Shown here: piece by piece, positions 62,266-64,000 of the stretch
Position numbering within the stretch: position 1 is the first letter of the stretch
Layout: every line of letters begins with the position of its first letter
From: Azolla caroliniana
Taxonomy: Eukaryota; Plantae; Polypodiophyta
Reading direction: 5' to 3'
Assembly (NCBI GenBank): GCA_043228905.1
Contig: JBHGNT010000018.1
Coordinates: forward strand, 7,316,001 to 7,380,000
DNA: 64,000 nt
The notes under the pieces: model-generated
The model's database searches: none
What the model saw: the letters and a program-made list of their open reading frames with translations, nothing else
Told to the model about the DNA's origin: nothing
Position numbers and translations under genes: made by a program

Positions 62266-64000
62266 TGTAAAAGTTAATATGCGAAAGCTTATGACAAACC
62301 AGTTCAAGCGAATAGCAATAGAGAGAGTTCAGGTTTAATGGAAACCTCATAAGACACAGAGAGTGGGAGAGACAGAGAGAGCAGAATAGCAAAAAACTAT
62401 ATTAAAAACTAATACTCTGTACATAGGATATGCTCAGTGTGCACTCTTTATACAAGTCCACAAGGGATTGACAAAAGTACTGTGTACTCCAATGCTCATA
62501 TGAGCGGCTGACATAACTACGAGGACCATGACTACCTAGTAGTTTGGAAATGTAGACCTCGAAACGGCCTACCGGTACACATGTGGGTTCAGCTCTTCGA
62601 TCTAGCTCCCTGATCCCGATCCAACTCCTGGTTTTGGATATTATCCGGGCACTGATCCGGCTCTGGGTTATTCAGCCGATCCAGATCCGGTTGAGCTTGC
62701 TCGCTCAACACTCCCCTCCAAGCTCAACTTGAGGTCGGATCGTGGTGTTAGGGTCTGGGCATCCGGCTCCTTCTAGTGTCCTCCCTCCTCATCCGGTCTA
62801 GTTCCTCCTTCCGCGACCCATCCGGTTCTGCGCTCCTCGACCTCCTCAGTTGGCTTGTCTACTCAACGGGCCCATTTCAGCTCCTTCATTGTTGCGACTC
62901 CGACGCCGTCTAGTTCGCTTGGCCTTCAACAGATTTAGCTCTTCCAAATCAAATTGTTGAATTGAATCGGTTGTGTCCGATTCATTTCAGCTCTTGTTCG
63001 AGTTTGTAGTTTCCAACTCGTCTTCTATTTTTAGGCCCTTCACAACATCAAGCCATGTCCGGGTCTTGGTTTTCTTCTTCCGGTGAGCTATGTCTATCTT
63101 GACAATACTACCGTCGTCACTTTCTCCGACTTGTCCGGATGTGCCAACTCCTTCGGTCGATTCAGCTTCCTTTTTATTCTTGTCTCCCTCTATTTTGATT
63201 CTCTCTTTCTCTCCGGCTCCTTGTCCAGTGTCATTACTTGTCTCAACTCTCCCCTTCAAGTGCGGCAAGTCGAGATGCTAGAGACTGAGCATCTCCGAGA
63301 AGTGTTGCAACTTGTCCGATCTGAGCGGCTTGGTAAAGATGTCGATAACCTACCGATCTGTGTGAACATACCGAAGTTCAGCTTCACCGAAGTGATATTG
63401 TACTTCTATATGCTTTGTCCGAGCATGAAATATAGGGTTCTTCGTGAGCTGTATGCTGCTTACGTTGTCACAATAGATCAAGATTAGGGTTGGTACCTCA
63501 ATCCGAAGGTCTTGCAGCTGTCGTCGAAGCCATATACCTTCACAGGTGGCAATGGTGGCGCCCCGATACTTAACTTCTGTGCTGGATAGAGCTATGATTG
63601 GCTGGTTTTTGCTGCTTCATGCAACATCTGTGCTACTAAGACAATAAAAAGTATCCGGAGGTGGACCGACAATCCAATGTAGCACCACCCCAGTCGACAT
63701 CTGTATATCCGACTAGCTTTTAAGTTATACCATGTCGGTATAACACACCCTTATACTTAGTGCCACTAACATACCATAGTATCCGGTGTGCGCACTAAAG
63801 GTGTTGCACAATCGACTTTTGCATGAATTGGCTAATCATACCGACCGGATAATTGATGTCGAGTCGGGTGATAGTTAAGTAGATATCGCTTCCGACAATC
63901 TATCGGAACCGTTTCTCGTTGCGGGCTGGGCCGGAGTCAGGACATAGCTTTCGGTTCCGGTCCAGGGGTGTGGAGATCGGTCGGCAATCCGTCATGCCGT
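62266..64000 (-). mobile_element. Third Copia copy of the same family: 3' LTR 62266-62710, C-terminal extension, RNase H and RT; runs off the window
   Basis: LTR ends gctcgctcaaca followed by PPT; KTKTRTWLDVVKGL extension (62987-63268); RT sequence collinear with 31000-31300. Confidence 0.88.

Overview
Repeat-dense plant heterochromatin-like window, probably from a non-seed plant such as a fern, lycophyte or moss (inferred from element types, not proven). It holds one clear host gene, an intronless SAM-dependent methyltransferase at 17267-18643. The rest is nested Ty1/Copia and Ty3/Gypsy LTR retrotransposons, solo LTRs, two LINE fragments and a hAT-like MITE. The standout is a complete 9,897-bp DNA transposon at 41009-50905 with 25-bp TIRs (GGG...CCC) and a TTTA target-site duplication, inserted in a chromovirus gag gene. 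It carries a spliced Sola2-like DDD transposase (about 863 codons, one nonsense codon) on the minus strand. A convergent multi-exon cargo gene encodes an unknown N-terminal domain, a coiled coil, a RING-H2 finger and a catalytically degenerate FCP1/NIF (HAD) phosphatase-like domain. Dozens of copies of the palindrome TAGCTAATTAGCTA sit at both subtermini and fill introns of both genes, and there are 83-bp and 255-bp tandem arrays. Other notable items are tRNA-like A/B-box modules inside two LTR families and a Copia family whose pol reads through an apparent ancestral PPT into a charged C-terminal tail. All family assignments come from motif reading, not database searches.
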